Shown here: positions 1 through 12,090 of the stretch, in pieces
Layout of the letters: every line of letters starts with the position of its first letter
Numbering within the stretch: position 1 is the stretch's first letter
Source of the DNA: Caldivirga maquilingensis IC-167
Lineage (GTDB): Archaea; Thermoproteota; Thermoprotei; Thermoproteales; Thermocladiaceae
Direction of reading: 5' to 3'
Assembly: GCF_000018305.1 (NCBI RefSeq)
Contig: NC_009954.1
Coordinates: forward strand, 120,001 to 152,000
Length of the DNA stretch: 32,000 nucleotides
The notes under the pieces: generated by a model
Database searches by the model: none
What the model was told of the DNA's origin: nothing
What the model saw: only the letters and a program-made list of their open reading frames with translations
Made by a program: the position numbers and the translations under genes

Positions 1-387
1 GACAGTACATAATCACCGTATGCAATCAGCGTGAAGTAGCCCAGGGACGACCAAAGCAATGGTATCAGTATGGGTACTCCATAGACCTTGGGCCCAAGAC
101 CCTGGGTGTAGTAATACTTGCCGAAGGGTATTCCGTAGTTGACGCCCAGTAACTCAAAGGCCATGGATACAAGGAATGTAATCACTAAAAATGTAAAGGC
201 CCTTCTAGCCTCCATATTCATTATTGAATGTGCTAGGTAGATAATTATTAAGTAGAGGGGGGATGCTATGAAACCCACAACTAAGCCTACAACACCACTC
301 ATTTGCACCGTGTTACCAATGATTAGGCAGGGTATGTATAGGTAGGCCAGGATCCATACCACGATTAGTATCCTGGACTTAACCATG
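1..387 (-). CDS. Polytopic membrane protein, carotenoid-biosynthesis-protein (DUF422)-like. The N-terminal 129 codons are in the window and the C-terminus lies beyond the left edge.
   Basis: The minus-strand frame is open from ATG (rc of 385-387) to the window edge. Translation: MVKSRILIVVWILAYLYIPCLIIGN...FELLGVNYGIPFGKYYYTQGLGPKVYGVPILIPLLWSSLGY. It is hydrophobic, and the G-x-PFG-x-Y-x-Y...GVP-x-x-IPL-x-W pattern is as I recall for the DUF422 family. A TATA-like ttaaatgcttataag lies about 25 nt upstream on the minus strand. Confidence 0.5.
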
Positions 388-624
388 ATCCTGCCTTATT
401 CACATGGCTTATAAGCATTTAATCCTATGCTTTATCAATGAGTATCATGTTTAACTATCATTAGGTAAACCATGGCGAATAATTAAGGTAACCTACTATG
501 ATTAGTAGATAAAAGCCTATTACCCACATGCTAAGGCAATACATCATCAACTATCTCCCCCTTATAGCCCCTTTCTTGGAGTAATTTCCAACCTACTGTT
601 GAAGTCACTTAATTATGCTGTCAC

Positions 625-1677
625 CTAGCCCTTTAGCCACGTGAGTTTGCTTAATGCCTTATCTAACTCCACTGTGTAAACACCAATTGCATAGTCGCTT
701 ACGCCTCCAATCCATATTAATGAATCTTCATGTATTATTAAGCCATCCCCGAATATTACCCTTGGCCTATCCCCATACTCCTCCTCAATGCCTGTTGGCT
801 CCAGTAGGTAGTTGCTTATGGCTAATAATTCACCATCACTGTTCACTAATGCTAACCCATTCCTATACGAGTAATCACTCCTGGATACTCCATGCCAGCC
901 CACAAGGTACTCATTCGATGATAATTTAACGGCGTTTGTTGACCAACCAACCTTGAATTCGAAATCCTCAAACCAAAGTACCGGCCTCATTGAATCCATG
1001 TTTAACGTTAATTCACTTAAATTAGCCTCACCGCTCCATCCAATTTCTAAACCACCTATGTTAGGTCTAATGAGCATTGATACCTTATTACCCTTAACCT
1101 CAATGAAGGCTGAATCCTTCCACCAATCCGGGACATAAGATTCACCGTTAGCGGCCTTAATGGTGAAGAATCCCCTCCTAACAACGTTAAATTCATTGTC
1201 CATAACCGCTAAAGCTTGAACAGCCCTAGGCCTTAACTCACCGCCACTGTAATAATACCCCCATCCAGTGTACAGTATTAAGTACTCATCACCATGCTTA
1301 ATGATGCGTGGATCCTCACAACCCCTAAACTCCCAAAGCTCCCTAGGCCACATTATTAACCTAGCATTAACAGGTTTATTAACACGACCATTAACAACAT
1401 CCCGTATACTTAATTCAATTAAACCTATACTTGAAACATAATTCAGGTAATCGAATATGATTCTAGGGAAGATTAGTAAGGTATCATTATTTAAAACAGC
1501 CGCTGGGTTAAATACCTCAACAGGCTTACGTGGGTAATTAGTAACATTAACATCACTAGGCATTATTAAGGTGATTCTCTTAAATATGGGCTCCGCAATA
1601 CTCCTCCTAAACCCCTTATGTACGTTGATAAAATTAACCGCTAATTCACGTAACCTACCAATAATAGTATTCTCCAT
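625..1677 (-). CDS. GH130-family (DUF377) glycosidase/phosphorylase-like protein, beta-mannoside-phosphorylase-like
   Basis: 350-aa ORF. Motifs FNPAAV, GCEDPRI, YLILYTGW, KDSAF and LIRP occur in the order typical of the GH130/DUF377 beta-propeller family. It is adjacent to and co-oriented with a GH38 mannosidase. A TATA-like aaacttaaatact lies about 25 nt upstream of the ATG on the minus strand. Confidence 0.7.
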   Translation of the reverse strand: MENTIIGRLRELAVNFINVHKGFRRSIAEPIFKRITLIMPSDVNVTNYPRKPVEVFNPAAVLNNDTLLIFPRIIFDYLNYVSSIGLIELSIRDVVNGRVNKPVNARLIMWPRELWEFRGCEDPRIIKHGDEYLILYTGWGYYYSGGELRPRAVQALAVMDNEFNVVRRGFFTIKAANGESYVPDWWKDSAFIEVKGNKVSMLIRPNIGGLEIGWSGEANLSELTLNMDSMRPVLWFEDFEFKVGWSTNAVKLSSNEYLVGWHGVSRSDYSYRNGLALVNSDGELLAISNYLLEPTGIEEEYGDRPRVIFGDGLIIHEDSLIWIGGVSDYAIGVYTVELDKALSKLTWLKG

Positions 1678-1893
1678 AAAGCTTAAGGAAGACTAAGTAT
1701 TTAAGTTTAAACATACATTGCCATAATGTTTATAGCTTCATTAATTCAATTAATCACATAATTCCGAATCTCAATGATTAATACTATTGGTGACTTTCAC
1801 TGAGCTCTATCTTCACGTAATCCTCATGGGTTAATAATAAATTAACTCACATCCCCACTAGCTAAACACGGGCTGTTAAGTTACTTAAACCCG

Positions 1894-4800
1894 TTAGCTT
1901 CCTGCATCATATTTAATTCTAATTGTTTTAATTTCAAATGGCTTTAATAATATGTTATTGAGTCCACTTAATGTTCCTACCTCATTCTTCTCAATAATGT
2001 CGGTTTCAGTAACTCCCTTCACCTTAACACCGTTAATGCCTATGCTCACATTAACCTGCCTCTCATATGGATTATAGAGCCTCAGTATTAGCTCATTCAT
2101 TGAGTCCTCAGCAACCTTAAGCGCAGTTAACATTGCCTCAGGTGGGTTAACGTGCATGAAGCTCCATTGGCCTACTCCCTGGTTCCGTGACTCACCAGTG
2201 ATTATCACGTACTTTAAACCATGGGTAATCTCGTAGGTTACCCTAGGTACCTCAGCGTCCTGGTAATTACCTAAATGCGGGTAAAGGTATATGCTTGTCT
2301 CCATTTCACCCACATCACTCCATGGGTTTGGGAAGGTTGGTGACCTTAGTAGACTTAACCCAATCCTGCCACCGCTCACACTGTAGCCATGTCTTGATGG
2401 TGCTATTACGGCTAGGCCCTTCACGTTATCTGAAACATCAACCCACCTGAGGGCTGGAACCTCAATCTTCCCCTCCCTTAATTGAACCTGCGGATTAGTC
2501 GACCTGCGCAGTGACCCGAAGGGTATGTCGAAGACCGCCTCCTCGGCATTAATTACTGTGTTAATCCAGGTCTTCACCAGTATGCCCTTATCCAACCAAT
2601 TAATACTGTACTTAACCTCAACAACCGGTGAACCCTTCCTTAAACACACCTCCTGGGTTATCCTCGACTTATTAAACTCCTTAATACTACTCACACATGA
2701 TATTAATGGACCAGTGATGGTTAATGACGGCTCCGACACGGTGCTTAACTCATAGCCCTCGTTCAATGAGTCTAGTGAGAAGCGCCATGCATCTGAAATA
2801 AGAGGCCTCTCAACATGGGCCATTAATTTAATGGGCTCCTTCAATACGTTGACGCCACTCTTCTTAATGATCAATGAATCCGCATCACCCTTATTATTTA
2901 AATTAACCTTAACGTATTCATTCTCAAGGGAGAAGCCGTCACCAGTCCTGGTGACTAAAACCCCATTACTCGGGTTTATGCACTTACCGTTTACTCCATA
3001 TGCACTAAACCCCATTGCTGGTGTATTCACGTACACGAACCTGTCTTCACCATTATCCTGGCACTCCAGGTTGACTTCAATGCTCCTCGGTATTTTAATA
3101 ACCCCGCTTCTACCCCATGGGAGTGGGTTAAACACGATTAATGAATCCCCTAAACCCAATTTCCTCCCCACCGCCGAAACGGCTTCACTCATTAATTCAC
3201 TGCTCCTTAGTAATAAGTTCCTTAACTCACTGTACGCTTCATCGTAAACCTCCTTGATTGCTGAGCCTGGTACTATGTCGTGGAATTGATTGAATAGTAG
3301 TCTCATCCACAGTTCATTGATTTCACTTAAACCATGGTCACCTGCACCCACTGCATACGCCATTGTTACTGATGCCTCAGCATCAGTGAGCTGTGCCTCT
3401 GATTTAGCTACTAATTCCTTAATCGGTAGGTTGGTGGTGTATGTTCCTATGAAGTTCTCTACGTGTATTTCACCACTCCATTTAGGTAACTTATCCTTAA
3501 CACTGCTTAATGCAGCCACGTAATCATCCTCCCTGAATTCAATAACCCTTGGGACGCTTGGTAGCTCATTGATTAATTCCCTGTACTCAATCATCTCCCT
3601 AGTGGGTCCACCGCCACCGTCACCGTAGCCGTAGGGGTATATTAACTGGGGTAGTGTATCCTTACCCCTGTACATTGACCATGCCTGGTAGGCGTTAAGT
3701 GGGGTGTGGGCATTATTGTAGTTAACTAGGATTACCTGCGTGGGTATTTCTGAACCATCGATACCAATCCAGGTGAAGGCGTGGAGTGGGAATTCTGTTA
3801 AGGAGTGGGTTATTATTCTCCATGATGAGAAGACCTCTATACCGCTCTTCCTCATTATTTGAGGTAGATTCGCCGAGAAGCCGAAGGTGTCCGGTAACCA
3901 ACCCACCTTAGCCATTCTCCCGAATCTGCTTAGGAAGTATCTTTGACCGTATAGGAATTGCCTAGCTAGGGATTCACCATCAATAATATTAGCATCACTC
4001 TCAATCCACATTCCACCCGCAATAATCCATTTACCTGATTCAATAAGCTTCTTAACCTCATTGAAGAGACCGGGGTCATTATCCTCAACCCACTTATAGT
4101 ACTGGGCTGAGCTTTGAAGGAAGCTAATACCATACTCCTTAATTAGGTTAACCATTGTTGAGAACGTCCTAATAACCTTCCTAATAGTCTCACCCCTAGG
4201 CCACAGCCACGCTGCATCAATGTGACTATGCCCAACAGCAACCAGTAAACCCTCCTTAGGGTACTTTTCACTCAACTTAATTAACCCTGAATTTAACTTA
4301 TCCTCAATTTCATGGATTGGTATTGAATCGGGGTCTATGGTTTTAGGTATGTCGCTTAGAAAACCCTTAACAACCCCTAGTCCATGTAACCCAACACCCA
4401 TTACATAGCTACCATCAGGTCTCCTGAGGTCCATTCTATTGAAGAATTGAGAGTACGGTGAGTCGTAAAGCATCATTAGGGTTAAGGTGACTTGACTCAA
4501 CGTTGGGTTAACCCTAATCCCCTTAGTCACGTTAATTAGTAATTCCTCAAGGTCAACTCTAAGCGGGTTATCCTTAGGTAAATGCTCAATGAAGTCTATG
4601 AGTGCCAGTAACCTTAATCCAAGCCTCATAATACTCCAATTAACCTCAATTAAGTAAGCGTAATCAAACCTGAAGTCCCAGGTATGCTGACCGAAGAGCG
4701 CCCTCGGTGTGGCGTTAACCTCAATAACGTTAACCCCAGGGTTAACTGGGAAGTAGGTGTGGGCCTCATCGTAACCCCAGGCCTCATTATTAATTCTAAT

Positions 4801-5040
4801 CAGTGCATTACCGGTGAGTAGAATCTTAATGAACCACCTATGCTTGGTTTCAGGTACAGTAACCCTTGTCCTAAACATGAGGTTATCATTAGGCCCTGCA
4901 CCGGTCCTGTACGGTAAATTAACGTTAACCCCATTATTCAGTAATTCCCAGTCATTAATTGAAGCATACCTACCCACTGAGGATGCCATTAACTCGAAGG
5001 CTAAGCCCTCAACACCCCCTAAATCAACTTCACGACTCAT
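1894..5040 (-). CDS. GH38-family alpha-mannosidase
   Basis: 1048-aa ORF with the GH38 catalytic-region signature VGHSHIDAAWLWP. The downstream blocks WIESDANIIDGESLARQFLYGQRYF, GWLPDTFGFS and QFHDIVPGS are also present. Length is typical of archaeal and bacterial GH38 enzymes. Confidence 0.9.
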   Translation of the reverse strand: MSREVDLGGVEGLAFELMASSVGRYASINDWELLNNGVNVNLPYRTGAGPNDNLMFRTRVTVPETKHRWFIKILLTGNALIRINNEAWGYDEAHTYFPVNPGVNVIEVNATPRALFGQHTWDFRFDYAYLIEVNWSIMRLGLRLLALIDFIEHLPKDNPLRVDLEELLINVTKGIRVNPTLSQVTLTLMMLYDSPYSQFFNRMDLRRPDGSYVMGVGLHGLGVVKGFLSDIPKTIDPDSIPIHEIEDKLNSGLIKLSEKYPKEGLLVAVGHSHIDAAWLWPRGETIRKVIRTFSTMVNLIKEYGISFLQSSAQYYKWVEDNDPGLFNEVKKLIESGKWIIAGGMWIESDANIIDGESLARQFLYGQRYFLSRFGRMAKVGWLPDTFGFSANLPQIMRKSGIEVFSSWRIITHSLTEFPLHAFTWIGIDGSEIPTQVILVNYNNAHTPLNAYQAWSMYRGKDTLPQLIYPYGYGDGGGGPTREMIEYRELINELPSVPRVIEFREDDYVAALSSVKDKLPKWSGEIHVENFIGTYTTNLPIKELVAKSEAQLTDAEASVTMAYAVGAGDHGLSEINELWMRLLFNQFHDIVPGSAIKEVYDEAYSELRNLLLRSSELMSEAVSAVGRKLGLGDSLIVFNPLPWGRSGVIKIPRSIEVNLECQDNGEDRFVYVNTPAMGFSAYGVNGKCINPSNGVLVTRTGDGFSLENEYVKVNLNNKGDADSLIIKKSGVNVLKEPIKLMAHVERPLISDAWRFSLDSLNEGYELSTVSEPSLTITGPLISCVSSIKEFNKSRITQEVCLRKGSPVVEVKYSINWLDKGILVKTWINTVINAEEAVFDIPFGSLRRSTNPQVQLREGKIEVPALRWVDVSDNVKGLAVIAPSRHGYSVSGGRIGLSLLRSPTFPNPWSDVGEMETSIYLYPHLGNYQDAEVPRVTYEITHGLKYVIITGESRNQGVGQWSFMHVNPPEAMLTALKVAEDSMNELILRLYNPYERQVNVSIGINGVKVKGVTETDIIEKNEVGTLSGLNNILLKPFEIKTIRIKYDAGS

Positions 5041-5106
5041 TTAAAACACTACCATTACTATTAATCCTTAACTTTTAACAATTACGTTTAAACCACCGTG
5101 GTTGAG

Positions 5107-5763
5107 TTACGAGGCTTCCTCAAGTTCCTTAACAGCCTTAGGTAGATCCATTAGGTTCCTAATGACTTTATCAGCATTCAATTCCTTGACCCACTTATTC
5201 AACACACCAATACTCAACAACCCCATGCCCCTACACACCTCAATATCCCTTGGGTGATCAGTAACGTATACGGCGCCCTTAACGCTACCATTATTGTAAA
5301 TACCCAGTATTCGCTTAAGTAAATCACCCTTATTGTAATTAGGCCCAAGGTCACCGAGGGCCATGTAACCATCAAGCAGGTTCAATAAGCCGTATACTGC
5401 TAATTCAGGGGTTAGTAGGTTGCTTTCAATCTCCCTACCAGTAGCCATTACAATTAACCTACCCTCCCCCTTAAGAATCCTTAAAGCCTCCAAGGCACCT
5501 GGCATTAATTCCCCGTACTCACCATCATTAATGTACCTTAACCAGCACCTCCTCCAAAACCAGTAATCAAGGGCATTGGGGCCTATGATTAAGGCTAAGC
5601 CACTCCTAATACCTCTCTCATCGTAGTACATTTCCATGAACTCACTGAACGATACACCATTAACATTACTCAACTTAACCAACACATCATAGCAACGCCT
5701 AGCAGTATCCACTAGAGTCATATCCAAATCCACTATAATTAAACCAATCCTCACACACCCCAT
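5107..5763 (-). CDS. HAD-superfamily hydrolase (phosphatase-like)
   Basis: HAD motif I, IIVDLDMTLVDT (DxDxT), lies near the N-terminus. VMATGRE (motif II-like) and VTDHPRDIE (motif IV-like) follow. I prefer the ATG at 5763 (MGCVRIGLIIVDLD...). The track start at 5811 is a TTG and would overlap the rRNA trailer helix. Confidence 0.75.
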   Translation of the reverse strand: MGCVRIGLIIVDLDMTLVDTARRCYDVLVKLSNVNGVSFSEFMEMYYDERGIRSGLALIIGPNALDYWFWRRCWLRYINDGEYGELMPGALEALRILKGEGRLIVMATGREIESNLLTPELAVYGLLNLLDGYMALGDLGPNYNKGDLLKRILGIYNNGSVKGAVYVTDHPRDIEVCRGMGLLSIGVLNKWVKELNADKVIRNLMDLPKAVKELEEAS

Positions 5764-5802
5764 TACTAGGCAAGGTAATAAACCTAATCCACCATAGGAA
5801 AA

Positions 5803-5821
5803 CCAACCCAAGCCACCAGGA
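5803..5821 (-). promoter_or_regulatory. rRNA trailer half of a 19-bp helix that pairs with the operon leader (10890-10908)
   Basis: Plus-strand 5803-5821 (ccaacccaagccaccagga) is the exact reverse complement of plus-strand 10890-10908. On the minus-strand transcript the two are complementary. The segment directly abuts the 23S processing-stem half at 5822. Confidence 0.6.
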
Positions 5822-5854
5822 GGCCACTAGGACTGGATTTGCGCCCACTACCCG
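5822..5854 (-). promoter_or_regulatory. 3' half of the 23S pre-rRNA processing stem (BHB-type)
   Basis: Sense CGGGUAGUGGGCGCAAAUCCAGUCCUAGUGGCC pairs with spacer sense GGUCACUAGGCUGGAGCGUUUACCCGCUACCCG (9082-9114). The pairing gives 11-bp and 10-bp helices around a short helix flanked by opposed bulges (UUUA and AAAU). Confidence 0.75.
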
Positions 5855-5855
5855 C

Positions 5856-9080
<3,225 letters not shown>

Positions 9081-9081
9081 A

Positions 9082-9145
9082 CGGGTAGCGGGTAAACGCT
9101 CCAGCCTAGTGACCGGAAAGAAGCCACCTTGAACTCCTAACCCCC
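9082..9145 (-). promoter_or_regulatory. 16S-23S spacer carrying two abutting processing-stem halves, with no spacer tRNA: the 23S 5' half (9082-9114) and the 16S 3' half (9115-9145)
   Basis: Spacer sense reads UUUUCGGGGGUUAGGAGUUCAAGGUGGCUUCUUUCC|GGUCACUAGGCUGGAGCGUUUACCCGCUACCCGU. The first part pairs with the leader (10856-10886) and the second with the trailer (5822-5854). The spacer is about 70 nt, too short and unsuitable for a tRNA. Confidence 0.75.
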
Positions 9146-9613
9146 GAAAAGGAGGTGATCCGGCCGCAGGTTCCCCTACGGCCACCTTGTTACGACTTCG
9201 CCCCCCTTGGGGACCCCCAACTCGACCCCCCAGTTACCCAGGGGGCCTCGTTAAGGATCCCCTCGGGTGGCGCGACGGGCGGTGTGTGCAAGGGGCAGGG
9301 ACGTATTCACCGCGCGTTGGTGACACGCGGTTACTAGGGATTCCACGTTCACGAGGGCGAGTTACAGCCCTCGATTCCTACTGGGGCGGGGTTTACGGGA
9401 TTGCCTCCCCCTTTCGGGGTCGGAACCCGCTGTCCCCGCCATTGCAGCTCGCGTGCAGCCCCGGGGTTTCGGGGCATACTGACCTGCCGTGGCCCCCTCC
9501 TTCCTCCGGCTTACGCCGGCAGTCCTCCCTGTGTGCCCCCCACCCCGAAGGGTAGGGTAGCAACAGGGAGCGGGGGTCGCGCTCGTTGCCAGACTTAACT
9601 GGACACCTCACGG

Positions 9614-9645
<32 letters not shown>

Positions 9646-9773
9646 AGCTCGTCCGGCAAGGTCGTTAGCCTGGCCTTCATCCTGCTGTCGCCCCGGGTGA
9701 GGTTTCCGGCGTTGACTCCAATTAAGCCGCAAGCTTCACCCCTTGTGGTGCCCCCCCGCCAATTCCTTTAAGT

Positions 9774-9913
9774 ATGCTGGGCGGCGGCCGTGCCGGGGTA
9801 AAGTGCCAGGGTAAAGTTGAGGATGTGAGTGCTAAAAAAGGAGGGTTCTGAGTTTACTGTACTTTGTTGGATATCTAGTTCCCGTCGGGGAACTCCGGCA
9901 CGGCCCGCCGCCT
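9774..9913 (-). other. 16S rRNA intron, 140 nt, with no ORF, inserted at about E. coli position 908
   Basis: It interrupts the universal GGCUGAAA|CUUAAAGGAAUUGGCGG. It is closed by a helix of about 17 bp (GGCGGCGGGCCGUGCCGG / CCGGCACGGCCGCCGCC) and has an AT-rich interior with a GUUCCC-CGAC-GGGAAC hairpin. The boundaries are ambiguous by 1 nt. Confidence 0.85.
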
Positions 9914-9922
9914 TTCAGCCTT

Positions 9923-9959
9923 CCGCCCCGGCCTGGGCTTGTGGCCCAGTGCCAGGTTT
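9923..9959 (-). other. 16S rRNA mini-intron, 37 nt, inserted at about E. coli position 901
   Basis: It interrupts AGUACGGCCGCAA|GGCUGAAA. Intron sense is ACCUGGCACUGGGCCACAAGCCCAGGCCGGGGCGGAA, with a CUGGGC-CACAA-GCCCAG hairpin. Removing it restores the universal sequence. The boundaries are ambiguous by 1-2 nt. Confidence 0.8.
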
Positions 9960-10855
9960 GCGGCCGTACTCCCCAGGCGGCGGGCTTAACGGCTTCCCTA
10001 CGCCACTGGGCGGGCACTAAGCCCACCCAACAGCTAGCCCGCATCGTTTACAGCTGGGACTACAGGGGTATCTAATCCCCTTTGCTCCCCCAGCTTTCGC
10101 CCCTCACCGTCGGGCGTGTTCCAGCCGAGCGCTTCCGCCACTGGTGGTCCTCCCGGGATTATCGGATTTCGCCCCTACCCCGGGAGTACCCTCGGCCTCT
10201 CCCACCCCCAAGCCCGGCAGTATCACCCCCGGCCCATGGGTTGAGCCCATGGATTTCAGGGGTGACTTACCGGGCCGGCTACGGGCGCTTTAGGCCCAGT
10301 AAACACCCCGACCACTCGCGGAGCTGGTATTACCGCGGCGGCTGACACCAGACTTGCCCCCCGCTTATTCCCCCAGCTACTTACACGGGGGAAAAGCCGC
10401 CCTCATCGGGCGGCACTCGGGGTGGCCCCGTCGCGGGTTACCGCATTGCGGAGTATTCGAGCCTGCTGCACCCCATAGGGCCTGGGCCCTTGTCTCAGTG
10501 CCCATCTCGGGGCTCCCGCTCTCACGGCCCCCACCCGTCTTCGGCCTGGCGGGCCGTTACCCCGCCAGCTACCATGATGGGCCGTAGCCCCATCCTCGGG
10601 CGAGCCGCGCCGGGTACCGGACGTGGCTCTTTTCGGGGAGGGGGCCTTCCAGCACCCTTCCCCTATGGGGGATTAGCCCCAGTTTCCCGGGGTTATCCCC
10701 CTCCCGAGGGTAGGTTGGCCACGTGTTACTGAGCCGTGCGCCGCACCCCAGCGGGTCCCTGGGGCGCTTGACTCGCATGGCTAAGCCCCACCCCGATAGC
10801 GGTCGGGTCCGGCAGGATCAACCGGTTTCAGGATGCGGCCGCAAGGCCGCTCCTG

Positions 10856-10886
10856 GGGGGTTAGGATTTGTTCGTGGCTTCTTTCC
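10856..10886 (-). promoter_or_regulatory. 5' half of the 16S pre-rRNA processing stem, with a BHB motif
   Basis: Leader sense GGAAAGAAGCCAC-GAAC-AAAU-CCUAACCCCC pairs with spacer GGGGGUUAGG-A-GUUC-AAG-GUGGCUUCUUUCC. This gives 13-bp and 10-bp perfect helices around a 4-bp helix (GAAC/GUUC) flanked by opposed bulges. Confidence 0.75.
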
Positions 10887-10889
10887 GTT

Positions 10890-10908
10890 TCCTGGTGGCT
10901 TGGGTTGG
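10890..10908 (-). promoter_or_regulatory. rRNA leader half of the 19-bp helix that pairs with the trailer (5803-5821)
   Basis: It is the exact reverse complement of 5803-5821. It is separated from the 16S stem half by only 3 nt. Confidence 0.6.
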
Positions 10909-11000
10909 ATCACCCCTCAGATTCGCCCCGGGTTTTCCCCGGTGGTGTTTCTGGGGGGCTCATGAATTTTACTGAGCGTGCAGTAGGTTCTTCAAAGGGC

Positions 11001-11016
11001 CCTTATTTAAGCTTTA
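11001..11016 (-). promoter_or_regulatory. Candidate rRNA operon promoter (TATA/box A-like)
   Basis: The minus strand reads GGGATAAAGCTTAAATAAGGGCCC. This is the only strong TATA-like element between the leader helix and the divergent moaC promoter. It would give a leader of about 150 nt. Confidence 0.45.
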
Positions 11017-11057
11017 TCCCTTGATTCCCTTTAACGCTTTTTGAGGGGCTGGGTAGT

Positions 11058-11068
11058 GTTTATATTTA
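11058..11068 (+). promoter_or_regulatory. TATA box for the MoaC gene (leaderless arrangement)
   Basis: gtttatattta is centred about 25 nt upstream of the ATG at 11088. Confidence 0.5.
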
Positions 11069-11087
11069 GTGCCTGGTTTTAAGCGTT

Positions 11088-12089
11088 ATGAGTGTTAGGA
11101 TGATTGATGTTTCGGGGAAGGAGAGTGTTTACAGGGAGGCTTGGGTTGAGGGTTTGATTAGGCTTAGGCCGGAGTTGGCTAAGGTTATTGGTGATTCATG
11201 GTTCATTGGCCTAGGTAACTTAGCCTCATCAATCTCAGTGGCCGCTGTGGTTGCTGTTAAGAGGGCTTGGGAGTTCATTCCCCTTCTTCACCCAATACCA
11301 ATAACTAATGTTGAGGTTGAGTTGACTCATGGTTACGATTACGTTGGGTTGAGGGTTGGGGCTAAGACAGTTGCCCAGACTGGGGTTGAGATGGATGCCT
11401 TATTCGGGGCCTTAACCGGCCTTGTGACTGCTTGGAATGTTATTAAGGCTAGGCACTGCGTCTGTGGGCCTAACGGTGACTGTAGGGTTGTTGAGGAGGG
11501 TGAGGTGGGTGGATTATCCTTCAGTGGTGTGGGTGAGATTAAGGGTATTGAGGGGGTGAGGGTTATTAGGAAGATTAAGGGTGGGTTAAGCAGTGGTAAT
11601 GGTACTGAGGGCACTGGGTCGATTAACGTTAATAATGCCCCATCCCTAGTAACACTCTTCGACGCCTCTAATGAACCCACGTACATCGGGGAGGCTGAGG
11701 CAAGCGGCTTCATTAAGCTTAAGCCAAGCACGGTGGAGTTGATTAGGAGTGGGGGTGTTGAGAAGGGTGATGTCTTAGCCACCGCCCAATTAGCAGCCAT
11801 ATCAATGGCTAAGAGGGCTTGGGAACTCCTACCCCTTATTCACCAGAATTACTTAACCCACGTTGCCGTTGGCGCTGAGGTTAAGGATAATGGGGTTTAC
11901 GTTAAGGTAACCACTAGGAATGTTTCAAGGACGGGTTCAGCCATGGAGGCGCTAATGGCCACTGGGGCAGCGTTACTGACTATTTGGGATATGGTTAAGA
12001 AGTATGAGAAGGATGAGAATGGACAATACCCTGACACTGAGGTAAGCTTCATTAGGCTTGAGAAGGCTGTTAAGACGCCTATGCAGTAG
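11088..12089 (+). CDS. moaC: Tandem-duplicated (two-domain) cyclic pyranopterin monophosphate synthase, MoaC-MoaC fusion
   Basis: The ORF is 333 aa, about twice the normal MoaC length. The N-half has MIDVSGKESVYREA...IRLRPE, IPLLHPIP and TGVEMDAL. The C-half has KLKPSTVELIRSGGVEKGDVLATAQLAAI, LPLIHQ, TGSAMEAL and TIWDMVKKYEKDENGQYP. A Gly/Ser/Asn-rich linker lies between them. Confidence 0.85.
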   Translation: MSVRMIDVSGKESVYREAWVEGLIRLRPELAKVIGDSWFIGLGNLASSISVAAVVAVKRAWEFIPLLHPIPITNVEVELTHGYDYVGLRVGAKTVAQTGVEMDALFGALTGLVTAWNVIKARHCVCGPNGDCRVVEEGEVGGLSFSGVGEIKGIEGVRVIRKIKGGLSSGNGTEGTGSINVNNAPSLVTLFDASNEPTYIGEAEASGFIKLKPSTVELIRSGGVEKGDVLATAQLAAISMAKRAWELLPLIHQNYLTHVAVGAEVKDNGVYVKVTTRNVSRTGSAMEALMATGAALLTIWDMVKKYEKDENGQYPDTEVSFIRLEKAVKTPMQ

Positions 12090-12090
12090 G

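Noticed and set aside
2525-5044. Plus-strand ORFs antisense to the GH38 gene, and similar antisense or alternative-frame ORFs. Examples are 654-1138, 11339-11800, 13968-15296, 18028-18285, 18502-18944, 21120-21584, 22487-22672, 23351-23614, 24165-24386, 24851-25269 and 28683-28889.
   Set aside because: Each is fully embedded in a longer ORF that has recognisable motifs or coherent membrane or secreted-protein character. The translations are low-complexity and have no motif.
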